A stretch of 64,000 bases of DNA from a virus (Duplodnaviria > Caudoviricetes): IMG/VR virus record IMGVR_UViG_3300044658_000017, positions 24,639-88,638 of that record, one strand, 5' to 3'. The notes beneath the pieces are model-generated. The model was given only the letters and a program-made list of their open reading frames with translations, did no database searches and was not told the DNA's origin. This document shows, in pieces, positions 46,323 through 54,783 of this stretch. The position numbers and the translations under genes were made by a program. Position 1 is the first letter of the stretch. Each line of letters starts with the position of its first letter.

Positions 46323-47538
46323 TTTGATTTAAGTTTAGTTGTGAGAATTTAGTTAGAATAAGTTCAAGCCCTGTTTTCATCGGAATTAACCATGAATAGA
46401 ATTGAGAATATACCTCACAGAATATAATAAATTCATTCATTGTATCTTTAAACTCTTCTTCGTCTGTACCATAGAGTTCTGTTTCATAGTAAGTGGCATA
46501 ATAGGTAGCAAAGTTTGATACTACCATATCAGTTACTATTTCACCAGTTTTCTCTTTATCTATCCTCATTAAAAGTTCAAGTAATTCTTCCATCCATGTT
46601 TGCATCCCAAAGTCAGGCTCTGAACCTCCATTCAAACAGAATGCAAAAAACTGATCGTGACCAAAGAAGTCTGGTTGTGCTTCGTCATCTTCAGGTTCTA
46701 TATCCCTGATGTTAGAGTTCTCAAATCTGAAGCTACGTTGAGAACTCTTAGTAAAATCCTCTGAACCCCACCCTCTTCTGGCAGAGTAATCAGGTACAAT
46801 AGTACTTACACCTTTATGTTGTTGTGCATGTACTTGTTGAGCTTTGAGAGCAGCATCTGCCTTAGCTTTCTTTTCAGCTTCAATTTTTTCTTTCTCTGCA
46901 ATTTCTTTCTTCACTTCTTCAAATGTTTCAGCAAATGAGTCATCAACAACTACTTCATCTTTTGGAAATAATAGCTTGCAGTCATACAAAAAGAGTGTGC
47001 TCTTAACTCCTTCTACCTCGAAGTTGTATTCATTTCCATCCTCATCAGGACAAACAAATTTCATTCCTTTACCAAGAAAAACCACCTTAGCTACCATATC
47101 CATGAAGTTATTAACGACTAAGGATAGATAGATATTGTGATTCATTGCATTCTCATGGAGTTCATCAATATCAACTCCACTAAAGAATACATTCATAGTA
47201 TTATGACTATGAATCATTCCATGTTTAGCCATGTAAAGATCATTTTTCTCTACAAACTCTAAACATTTTTCATCATATTCATAGGCAGTACTGGCAGCTT
47301 TACCTATATCTCTGATGAATATTTCTATTGGGGTGATGACCATATTTTCAGGGTCTTTTATAGTCCCATCAATATTATAAAATAACATACCAGACCACTC
47401 CACTCTTGGTATGTTCTTACATAAGAATTTAACTTTGTTTAGAAAGGCTTCTGTTATGTTCATTTTGATTAAGCCTTTCAAGGGTATACTCTCGTACCTT
47501 AATTTTGTTGCATACATGTTCGAGCTTGTGTTTGACAT
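46303..47538 (-). CDS. JAB/MPN+ (JAMM) metalloprotease
   Basis: E47 (VEWSG) ... H110-S-H112 ... S120-G-V-D123 form a complete JAMM motif. The true start may be a downstream Met. Confidence 0.85.
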   Translation of the reverse strand: MSNTSSNMYATKLRYESIPLKGLIKMNITEAFLNKVKFLCKNIPRVEWSGMLFYNIDGTIKDPENMVITPIEIFIRDIGKAASTAYEYDEKCLEFVEKNDLYMAKHGMIHSHNTMNVFFSGVDIDELHENAMNHNIYLSLVVNNFMDMVAKVVFLGKGMKFVCPDEDGNEYNFEVEGVKSTLFLYDCKLLFPKDEVVVDDSFAETFEEVKKEIAEKEKIEAEKKAKADAALKAQQVHAQQHKGVSTIVPDYSARRGWGSEDFTKSSQRSFRFENSNIRDIEPEDDEAQPDFFGHDQFFAFCLNGGSEPDFGMQTWMEELLELLMRIDKEKTGEIVTDMVVSNFATYYATYYETELYGTDEEEFKDTMNEFIIFCEVYSQFYSWLIPMKTGLELILTKFSQLNLNQNGNTEV

Positions 47539-48778
47539 ACTGTTTTATTTTCGGATTTATATACGGTTTACGTTCTCCGGCAAACTTAAGTTCACCTTCG
47601 ATTTTTAAATAGACTTTTTGACCCTTAAATATTAAAAAGTCTACATCATTAATCTTAACACTTTCTTCGGTAAGTTTAGTGGGGACAAAATAGCTTCCTG
47701 TGTCATCTTTATAAACTATAAAGTCTTCAGGCATTGATTGAGAATAACAATTCCTAAATAGGTTTTCAAACTTTTCATTATCCACTATCTTGTATTCTCC
47801 ATCTTCATACTTCCAATCAATATCTGGATAGTACTGTCCGAATATAGCTATTTTATTAAGAACATCTTTACAGTCATCTAATGAAGGAGTTGGAATATCA
47901 TTTGTCTTAGGTATTACATTCTCTATTCTTTGATATGGCCCTCCTTCGAGTGATTCCCAACTTACTACTGTTTGAATCATTAAAAGATAGGAATCGAGAT
48001 CACCTTGATTTTTATTACCATTAAAGTATTGCATAAAGTCAATGATCTCTCCCTGACCTAAGCAAAAGCTACCAAAATATACTTTAGGAGTACCCGGCTG
48101 TTTTTCATTCCAAGTGGAAAATGAAGCACTATGTAGATGACTATGTACGTACCCCATAGAATACTCAGCTAAAGTATAAGTAGTTTTAGTTCCAGACAGT
48201 CCTTGTCTAATTGTACCATTAATATCTATACCAAACTTAACAAAGAAGTCTTTCATATCAAGACTTTGCTTTCTTGAGTTCTTTATAGTTACTTCTGGAT
48301 AGTGAATAATAACATCGAAGCCAATTACTACAACTCCTACTGGATAAATAAAACTTTGATAAGAAGAATAAGTAGGATATATCAGATTAAAGAAGTCTCT
48401 TGTTCTTTGCCATCTATCACGACTATTATAATAATAGTCTAACATGTTTTGCTCTGCCTGCTCCCATGTTGTAGTAGAAGTCCTAAAATCTGATACAATA
48501 CTTGCATAATTTCTTTCGTGAAAGTAAACAGGTTGATACATTCCCTGTGTTATATATGTATTATTAAAACCCCAATGAAATATTATATCCCATCTATCAG
48601 GATATATAGCTTCTAAAGAAGGTATTAACATATTCAAAGTCTCTAAAACTGGTGGATGTATTCTACCTTTCTTTACCATTCTTTCGAGCCATTCAGAATT
48701 ACGAAAGTCCTGCCTTATAGACATTTTCTGATTAAATATCTTAATCCATGTTTCCCACTTTCTGTTTACATAAGACAT
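47429..48778 (-). CDS. Prokaryotic E2-like (UBC-fold) protein
   Basis: 'GYVHSHL' followed about 25 aa later by 'FCLG' (Cys239, nt 48062-48064), like the HPH...CLG signature of prokaryotic E2 families. Flanked by Ubl and JAB genes. Confidence 0.65.
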   Translation of the reverse strand: MSYVNRKWETWIKIFNQKMSIRQDFRNSEWLERMVKKGRIHPPVLETLNMLIPSLEAIYPDRWDIIFHWGFNNTYITQGMYQPVYFHERNYASIVSDFRTSTTTWEQAEQNMLDYYYNSRDRWQRTRDFFNLIYPTYSSYQSFIYPVGVVVIGFDVIIHYPEVTIKNSRKQSLDMKDFFVKFGIDINGTIRQGLSGTKTTYTLAEYSMGYVHSHLHSASFSTWNEKQPGTPKVYFGSFCLGQGEIIDFMQYFNGNKNQGDLDSYLLMIQTVVSWESLEGGPYQRIENVIPKTNDIPTPSLDDCKDVLNKIAIFGQYYPDIDWKYEDGEYKIVDNEKFENLFRNCYSQSMPEDFIVYKDDTGSYFVPTKLTEESVKINDVDFLIFKGQKVYLKIEGELKFAGERKPYINPKIKQYVKHKLEHVCNKIKVREYTLERLNQNEHNRSLSKQS

Positions 48779-48788
48779 ATAAGTTTAG

Positions 48789-48829
48789 ATTAAAAAGAGT
48801 AATCCCACACAAAGGCAGGATTACTCTTT
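48789..48829 (-). terminator. Rho-independent terminator between the Ubl and E2-like genes
   Basis: 12-bp stem AAAGAGTAATCC (48794-48805) / GGATTACTCTTT (48818-48829). On the - strand it ends in a T5 tract. Confidence 0.65.
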
Positions 48830-48853
48830 AAGTTATAAATGTACGTAGTTCAC

Positions 48854-49636
48854 TTAATAGTGTGCAATACCAGTTAAGTCTTTCATTAGCTCATCATGCT
48901 CTTCCAAACCTAACTCTTCTTCAGTTTTTACAGGTTTAGGAGTAATAGCTATCTGTAATTTAGAGATAGCTTCTTCAATATGTCCCTGATTAAGATGACC
49001 TTTGATAGTTTTGAGCATATTAATGCTCTCAGAAATAAGATCATTGGGAGTTGCTTCAGTAACTTTGTGTGTCTTTACTGATTCAACCACATCAGCAACA
49101 CCATTGTTTTCGGCTTTTACCTGACCTTTTACAGTCTTCTCCTTTTTCTTGGAAGGCTTTGAAATTTTAGCAGCTTTAGCTTCAGATGCTACCGGGGTAG
49201 TTTCACCAACAGCAATTACACCATTTTTCTTTTCATATTTGGCCACTAGAGCTTCTAATTCATCGGTTTTCTTCCGGGTATAGTTCTGGTCACCATTAAA
49301 GAATTTTTGAGCTTTATTGGCATCTAGGGCCAGTGCAGCTTTAATTTTTGCATACACTTCCTGTCTGCTGGCACCACCTTTAGTTTTTTGAGGATAAAGA
49401 TGTAGGTTGAAATTAGTTGCAGGCAATACTGCTTTAGGATGCTCCAATACTGACTTACGAATGTTTTCAATACATTTCATACTGTCCACATTGTAACCTT
49501 CCTGCTTTAAACGGGCTTTGAGTTCACCCCAATGACTACCAGTGAAGGAGATTTTGTAGTTGTTCTTACCTTGAGAGGAGAAGATAGTAATATCTCTTGT
49601 TACTACTTCTTGATTTACTTGTTGTTCAGTTGACAT
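48854..49636 (-). CDS. Ubiquitin-like (beta-grasp) domain precursor with internal KTKGG and a C-terminal extension
   Basis: Residues 14-88 show a beta-beta-alpha-beta pattern (ITIF..YKISF..WGELKARL...LP..FNLHLYP) ending KTKG87G88 (nt 49373-49378). Immediately upstream of the E2/JAB/E1 genes. Confidence 0.7.
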   Translation of the reverse strand: MSTEQQVNQEVVTRDITIFSSQGKNNYKISFTGSHWGELKARLKQEGYNVDSMKCIENIRKSVLEHPKAVLPATNFNLHLYPQKTKGGASRQEVYAKIKAALALDANKAQKFFNGDQNYTRKKTDELEALVAKYEKKNGVIAVGETTPVASEAKAAKISKPSKKKEKTVKGQVKAENNGVADVVESVKTHKVTEATPNDLISESINMLKTIKGHLNQGHIEEAISKLQIAITPKPVKTEEELGLEEHDELMKDLTGIAHY

Positions 49637-49659
49637 AACTCTGTCTTGTTTGTGTTTGT

Positions 49660-50691
49660 TTAAATAATGGGATTAATACCTATGTATTTAAGTACTTCTT
49701 GTGTGTCTTTCCTACCTTCTTTTTTAATAAAATCTGATGGGTCTTTGTGTGGGAATTGTCTTACAGGCAAATGTATACATCTTATGTTACAGTTTGGATT
49801 AACTCTAATAAATTCCTGCATTAATCTTTGTGCTGCTTCTTTTCCGGGCTGATCATTATCAAAGAATATCGTAACAAGTTCAAATCTTTGTGATAAGTCT
49901 AAGAGGATTTTGTCATCAGGAATACAACCTTCATTTTGTGTCCAAACTACAGACTTTAGGCCAAAACCAATGTTTCTTAATACTCTATGATCTTTGTAAG
50001 CCTTAGTAATGATTAACTCTTTGCCAATTAAAGGAAGATTGTGAAGATTACCTATATCATTTTCTGTACAATTACTTATCCATTTATACTTAGGATTATT
50101 GTAAGGCTGATATAGTTTAACATGATGTTTGAAGTTATAAGCATAACATACAGAAATAGGATTGAAACTTCTCTTGCCTTTTCTACTATCAATATGTACT
50201 GTTTTAACAATACCAACTTCGTCTTCTGTAAGATTTTCTGGTGTAATGATAAACTGTGACCAGTATATTTTATCCTTCTTTTCTATAGGTCTACCATCCC
50301 ATGTGATAATGGTGGGATATGGAATGATTTTACCTTGTTCCTGCTTAACTTCCTTTACTGGTTCGTAGTCTACTAAGTTAGTTGATAATCCAAATTGAAA
50401 TGCTACTAACTTAAGAGCTACAGGAAATGTACATTTGTGATATCTCATTACTGCTTTCCAGCAAGTAATATGAGTTTGTCCTGAAGGCTCTCCGAAGTCT
50501 ACGAATAATAAAGTACCATCTTCTACTTCTTCAAATCTACAATTGGGAGTCTTATCATTTCTAAATGGTGAAGTATACCTTTCTACTGTATTAATATTCT
50601 GCTGGAATATCCATTCAAAGACCTGTTCTTGTGTGATTTTCTGCAATAGTTGTTCTGGTAGGATTTCAAAATCATCATTGTAGCCATACAT
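49660..50691 (-). CDS. dnaG: DnaG-type DNA primase (TOPRIM)
   Basis: SPFRNDKTPNC, IITKAYKD, FFDNDQPG and KDPSDF motifs. Confidence 0.85.
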   Translation of the reverse strand: MYGYNDDFEILPEQLLQKITQEQVFEWIFQQNINTVERYTSPFRNDKTPNCRFEEVEDGTLLFVDFGEPSGQTHITCWKAVMRYHKCTFPVALKLVAFQFGLSTNLVDYEPVKEVKQEQGKIIPYPTIITWDGRPIEKKDKIYWSQFIITPENLTEDEVGIVKTVHIDSRKGKRSFNPISVCYAYNFKHHVKLYQPYNNPKYKWISNCTENDIGNLHNLPLIGKELIITKAYKDHRVLRNIGFGLKSVVWTQNEGCIPDDKILLDLSQRFELVTIFFDNDQPGKEAAQRLMQEFIRVNPNCNIRCIHLPVRQFPHKDPSDFIKKEGRKDTQEVLKYIGINPII

Positions 50692-50704
50692 AGGGGTTGA
50701 AATT

Positions 50705-50795
50705 AAAAACTAATATAGTGACTATTATGATTAATAGCAAGGGGAATCAAGACCTCATTATGCTAAAATTAATCACAGTCACTATATTAGTTTTT
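50705..50795. repeat. Long intergenic inverted repeat / hairpin
   Basis: Perfect 19-bp arms AAAAACTAATATAGTGACT (50705-50723) / AGTCACTATATTAGTTTTT (50777-50795), plus an inner 8-bp pair TGATTAAT/ATTAATCA and AGCA/TGCT. Confidence 0.85.
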
Positions 50796-50816
50796 TAAAA
50801 TTAGGTTATAGTATAA

Positions 50817-51617
50817 TTACCATCCTGCTACTGTAGAACCAGCAGCACCACCACTATTAGTAGAACCAGCACCGGCACCACTATTCATATTTTGTGCAGC
50901 TTGTTCCTGTGCCTGAGCTTCTTCAGATTTTTGCTGATTAGCTAATGGGCCTTTCACATATCTACCATGTCTTTTGAACAGGTGAGTATTGTTGGCTTCA
51001 TCTACATAATACAATGCATTCTGATCATTATCAGAAGGGTCTGCTTTACGAACCTCTTTCCAGCTACCTACAGGTGCAATAGCAGGACATAACCACTTAC
51101 CATTTTTCATGCTTGGTGGTATCTCCAAATAGGTCTGCTTCTGACCTTCACGAAGATTCCACTGATATTGCATGAAAATATCCAGCTTTCTTTCTTTGAA
51201 ATCTGCTGGTAACACACTGGCACAAACCTGTGCAAATTGTTTGAAGCTGGTAACAGGCTTACTAAATGCTGCCATTAGTTGATCATCTGTTACAAAGCAC
51301 TTCAGGATATGAGTAATAACACTATTCAGGGTTTGAACAGCATCACGAAATTCCGGTGCAGAAGGGTCAGTAACTTCCTGATTGTTTTTATCAAAGGCTT
51401 TAGTGATTGGAAATTTCCGGTATGATTTTTCAGTGCCATTGATCTTAAAGATAATATCAATAGCTTCCTGTTCAGCACCATCTTTACCACCATTGGGAAT
51501 CCATTCAAATTTCTCTAAGGTAGTAACTCCTGCATTAAGACCAAAGACAAAAGGAACTGACACCTGTACGTCATCGGAGGCATAACCATACATGTTGTTA
51601 ACTGGTTCATTAGCCAT
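50817..51617 (-). CDS. Putative single-stranded DNA-binding protein (crAss type)
   Basis: 266 aa between the AAA/HTH genes and the primase. Beta-rich N-half and a flexible Gly/Ala tail. Family inferred from position only. Confidence 0.4.
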   Translation of the reverse strand: MANEPVNNMYGYASDDVQVSVPFVFGLNAGVTTLEKFEWIPNGGKDGAEQEAIDIIFKINGTEKSYRKFPITKAFDKNNQEVTDPSAPEFRDAVQTLNSVITHILKCFVTDDQLMAAFSKPVTSFKQFAQVCASVLPADFKERKLDIFMQYQWNLREGQKQTYLEIPPSMKNGKWLCPAIAPVGSWKEVRKADPSDNDQNALYYVDEANNTHLFKRHGRYVKGPLANQQKSEEAQAQEQAAQNMNSGAGAGSTNSGGAAGSTVAGW

Positions 51618-51664
51618 AACTAAAACTTGTGTTTAAAATTTAAAGATAGATGTGAGATACATAA

Positions 51665-51823
51665 CTACTTAGAGTTATGTACAATATGTTTTTGTTTACC
51701 GGGTTTCCACTTAGGATTCTTTACCTTCATTGGCTTGCCCCGGTGGCTCCTGATAAGAAATTCAGGAACATCAACTACCTGAAGTAGTTTCTTTTTACCT
51801 TTTCTTGTTCTGCTTTTAGGCAT
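51665..51823 (-). CDS. Small highly basic protein (52 aa), below the ORF-track cutoff
   Basis: Translated by hand: MPKSRTRKGKKKLLQVVDVPEFLIRSHRGKPMKVKNPKWKPGKQKHIVHNSK*. It fills the intergenic gap. Confidence 0.55.
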   Translation of the reverse strand: MPKSRTRKGKKKLLQVVDVPEFLIRSHRGKPMKVKNPKWKPGKQKHIVHNSK

Positions 51824-51834
51824 AGGTGAAGATG

Positions 51835-51870
51835 AAAAATGCTGGCATCAATTAAGACACCAGCATTTTT
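51835..51870 (-). terminator. Rho-independent terminator
   Basis: 11-bp stem AAAAATGCTGG (51835-51845) / CCAGCATTTTT (51860-51870), just after the 51885 stop. Confidence 0.7.
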
Positions 51871-51884
51871 GTTTGGTTGGGTGA

Positions 51885-52277
51885 TTAGATTCCTGTACTT
51901 TCTGCTACTTCACGGGCTGCAATAGAGGAGGCAGGTTGTGCATCATTTGTTACCTCTACTACTTTGGCACCTTCAGGGATGAAAGCACCATCAGTATTTT
52001 TGTCTGATTCAGCTTCTCCTTCGTGTTTCTTTACTTTCTTGGTAGGTACATAGTCCTTAGCTGCTATATTGGGAGAGATAGCAGTACCATCTTCCAATAC
52101 CAGTTCAATATCACTGGCATGTTTAGGACGAATACCACGGAGTGAAGGATGTTTAAACAGTTTATCTACGGCAGCTTTAGCAATACCGTACTTTTGAGCA
52201 ATAGCTTTTCTGTTTAAACCATTAAGAGAGTCTTCTTTCAGAGCTTCTACTGTAATCTGAATTTTACCAGTTGACAT
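51885..52277 (-). CDS. HTH-containing protein
   Basis: LNRKAIAQKYGIAKAAVDKLFK is HTH-like; low-complexity C-terminus. Confidence 0.55.
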   Translation of the reverse strand: MSTGKIQITVEALKEDSLNGLNRKAIAQKYGIAKAAVDKLFKHPSLRGIRPKHASDIELVLEDGTAISPNIAAKDYVPTKKVKKHEGEAESDKNTDGAFIPEGAKVVEVTNDAQPASSIAAREVAESTGI

Positions 52278-52345
52278 AACCTTTGTTTTATTGATTTGAA
52301 TAATTGATTTGGGGCTGTGAAGATAGGGTTTTCTATTGAAACTTC

Positions 52346-53089
52346 CTACTCTCCATTATAATATTTGTTCACTTCTTCAATGACATATCCTAAATCATTG
52401 ACGATATAGGTGTCTTTAAAGATTTGCTGATCTTTAGCACCAGTATAGATGCCATCATCTTTAGTTACAAACTGCTTGATAACTTTCTTTTCGGCAGGAT
52501 TTGATTCATCCAGAAATGATCTCATAAACAGAACAATATCAAATTTACCTTCAGGAGTTACATATTCCTGTACCATGTTACCAGTTGTCTTCATTCTGGC
52601 ACCTAACCGGCCCTCTACAGTTTTATACTCTTCAAAGTGAGCCATCATAATGAAGTTCTTATCTTCAGGCAGTCTTTCCATAGCCTTAAAGATTTTATTC
52701 ATCTCATAGCCTATCTTTTTTGGAGCATCCCAACCAGTAGATAATGCCTTTTCCATATACATATCCTGCATAAAGTAATTGGAATCATCCAATACTATAT
52801 TCTTGATTGTATGTACGTTACCTAAAAGAGTAATTGCATGGGCAGCAATAGCAGGGTCATTAGTAATTACCCTCCTATAATCTTTAAGGTCTATTGCCTG
52901 TGATTGAAGACTGAAATTAGGTATACTGGGCCATCTTTTTCTACTTCCTCTGCCAGATAGAGGTTTTGAAGTTGCAGTAATGAAATAAGTCTCATCAGGA
53001 TTTAGCCCCTTAATCCCTAAGTCATCATTACCTGCTGCACTGGTTGTTTTGCCAAGACCAGTTGGCCCTAAGACCATGATTTTTGCCAT
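52346..53089 (-). CDS. AAA-family ATPase (Sak4/AAA_24-like recombination ATPase)
   Basis: GPTGLGKTT Walker A, IVLDD Walker B, and MMAH, EGKFDIVLF and AKD motifs. Confidence 0.8.
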   Translation of the reverse strand: MAKIMVLGPTGLGKTTSAAGNDDLGIKGLNPDETYFITATSKPLSGRGSRKRWPSIPNFSLQSQAIDLKDYRRVITNDPAIAAHAITLLGNVHTIKNIVLDDSNYFMQDMYMEKALSTGWDAPKKIGYEMNKIFKAMERLPEDKNFIMMAHFEEYKTVEGRLGARMKTTGNMVQEYVTPEGKFDIVLFMRSFLDESNPAEKKVIKQFVTKDDGIYTGAKDQQIFKDTYIVNDLGYVIEEVNKYYNGE

Positions 53090-53106
53090 CTGTAAGTGTT
53101 ATTTTG

Positions 53107-54225
53107 TTATTGAAATTGGGAATGTAAAGGTACAAAATAATTGATGTTCCTGTATGCATTCATTTGAATATGTGCAGGACATTCTGTATTTCTTGACTCA
53201 GTTATATGAAGACTTAAATAGTTGGGATTATCAGCTAACTCAACTCCCATATGCCTTGTCAAGTTATACTTTTCATCATGTGCATTAAACAGGGTCATCA
53301 GGATAGTAGAATCTTCTGCCAGATTACCAGTATCTTTTACATCATCGGCAGTTGGAAAAATCATTTCACCAGCTTGTTGTAGCCTTTGTACATTAGAAAC
53401 TCCTCTATTACTATGACAGACATTGACAAATATATAATTACACTTGTCTCTAAGTATAGTAGTATATTCCAACCACTTATCTATATTCTCCTTCATAGTA
53501 TATCCTCTCTCTCTTGTCAATTTTCTAATATGATCTACAAGAAATATTCTATACTTATGAGGCTCTCGATCTTTAAAGCCGGTAATCCTTTCCCTTCTTT
53601 CTTCTCTACCTTTTTCATCCTTCACTACAAAACTTTCCCACTTAAATTCACCATGACTTTTAGCCTTATTAATACAGTATTTATATATTCCTGTAGGATT
53701 ATCAGCTTGCTCAATAAACTTGATTTTTCCGGGTTGAATTTGATTACCATCTTCATCAAACTCACCAAATAAAGGAATTATTCTACTGACATAGATTTGT
53801 TTAAGCATTTGGGTATGCTCTTCACTGACTGGTACAACTTCATCTTCATTATACATTAATCTCCCCATTAAATAATCTAATGTCATAGGATAGGTCTTCT
53901 CTTTATATTTTACTTCTGATATTCCGAAGTCATGGTACATAAAAAATGCAGCAAACTTAAACTCTTTTGATACTCTATCAATCTCCATTGACCAATAATC
54001 CCATTCTATATCTTGGAGTTTACCAATCTTCTCCATGTGTAAATATGGAGCTAATATAAAGGCATAATCTATAAATGTTGTCTTGCCACATTTAGGTGCT
54101 GCTGCTACTCCATAACTATGACCTCTTTGAATACCATTAATAGCTCTATCTAAATTTGGTAATCCAGTTGTCAAACCCTTGTTCATTCCTGCCTGTCCTG
54201 CCTTGAATTTGGCAACAAAGTTCAT
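53107..54225 (-). CDS. dnaB: DnaB-like replicative helicase
   Basis: GLTTGLPNLDRAINGI, AAAPKCGKTT, WSMEI, FLVDH and KDTGNLAED motifs. Confidence 0.85.
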   Translation of the reverse strand: MNFVAKFKAGQAGMNKGLTTGLPNLDRAINGIQRGHSYGVAAAPKCGKTTFIDYAFILAPYLHMEKIGKLQDIEWDYWSMEIDRVSKEFKFAAFFMYHDFGISEVKYKEKTYPMTLDYLMGRLMYNEDEVVPVSEEHTQMLKQIYVSRIIPLFGEFDEDGNQIQPGKIKFIEQADNPTGIYKYCINKAKSHGEFKWESFVVKDEKGREERRERITGFKDREPHKYRIFLVDHIRKLTRERGYTMKENIDKWLEYTTILRDKCNYIFVNVCHSNRGVSNVQRLQQAGEMIFPTADDVKDTGNLAEDSTILMTLFNAHDEKYNLTRHMGVELADNPNYLSLHITESRNTECPAHIQMNAYRNINYFVPLHSQFQ

Positions 54226-54226
54226 A

Positions 54227-54778
54227 CTAAACTATTTTACCTTTCATTAATGGGTTAACTCCCTTATCTGTTGATTTCAGTTCCTTAACTCTTTCACACC
54301 ATATAGATAGCATACTTACTCTCATAGCCCCTTCACCTTCATAAATAAATTTGTAAGATGTTTTTACAAATTGCATAGTTGGCTTTTCTGTCCTGAAATA
54401 TAAATCTCTTGCAGCAAATACATCTTCTTTTCTATACTCAGGATTCTTAGCAAACCATTCTTTCATTCTTTTGGTTACTATGGCTACACTACCTTTCCTT
54501 GCCGAACCTCCTATTTGACCAAATGGATACATCCATTCAGAAACCCATGAAAAAGCTCCTGCTTCCTGATCAGTAAATAAAGGAACATTCCATGTAATTG
54601 TTTTACTGGTATAATCCTTCTCTATGATCTTAGTCAGGTTAATCTTTCTCATTAGTTCTTCAGGAATAATTCTATCTGCATCCAAGTTATGATAAATAGA
54701 AAGTAAACATAAAATACCCTGATCTACATCAATCTTGCTACCTTTTAGAATGGCTTTAATCTCGGGGTTAATCTCCAT
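54227..54778 (-). CDS. Hypothetical replication-module protein
   Basis: 183 aa between the SF2 helicase and DnaB; tightly coupled. Confidence 0.6.
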   Translation of the reverse strand: MEINPEIKAILKGSKIDVDQGILCLLSIYHNLDADRIIPEELMRKINLTKIIEKDYTSKTITWNVPLFTDQEAGAFSWVSEWMYPFGQIGGSARKGSVAIVTKRMKEWFAKNPEYRKEDVFAARDLYFRTEKPTMQFVKTSYKFIYEGEGAMRVSMLSIWCERVKELKSTDKGVNPLMKGKIV

Positions 54779-54783
54779 GTGTA

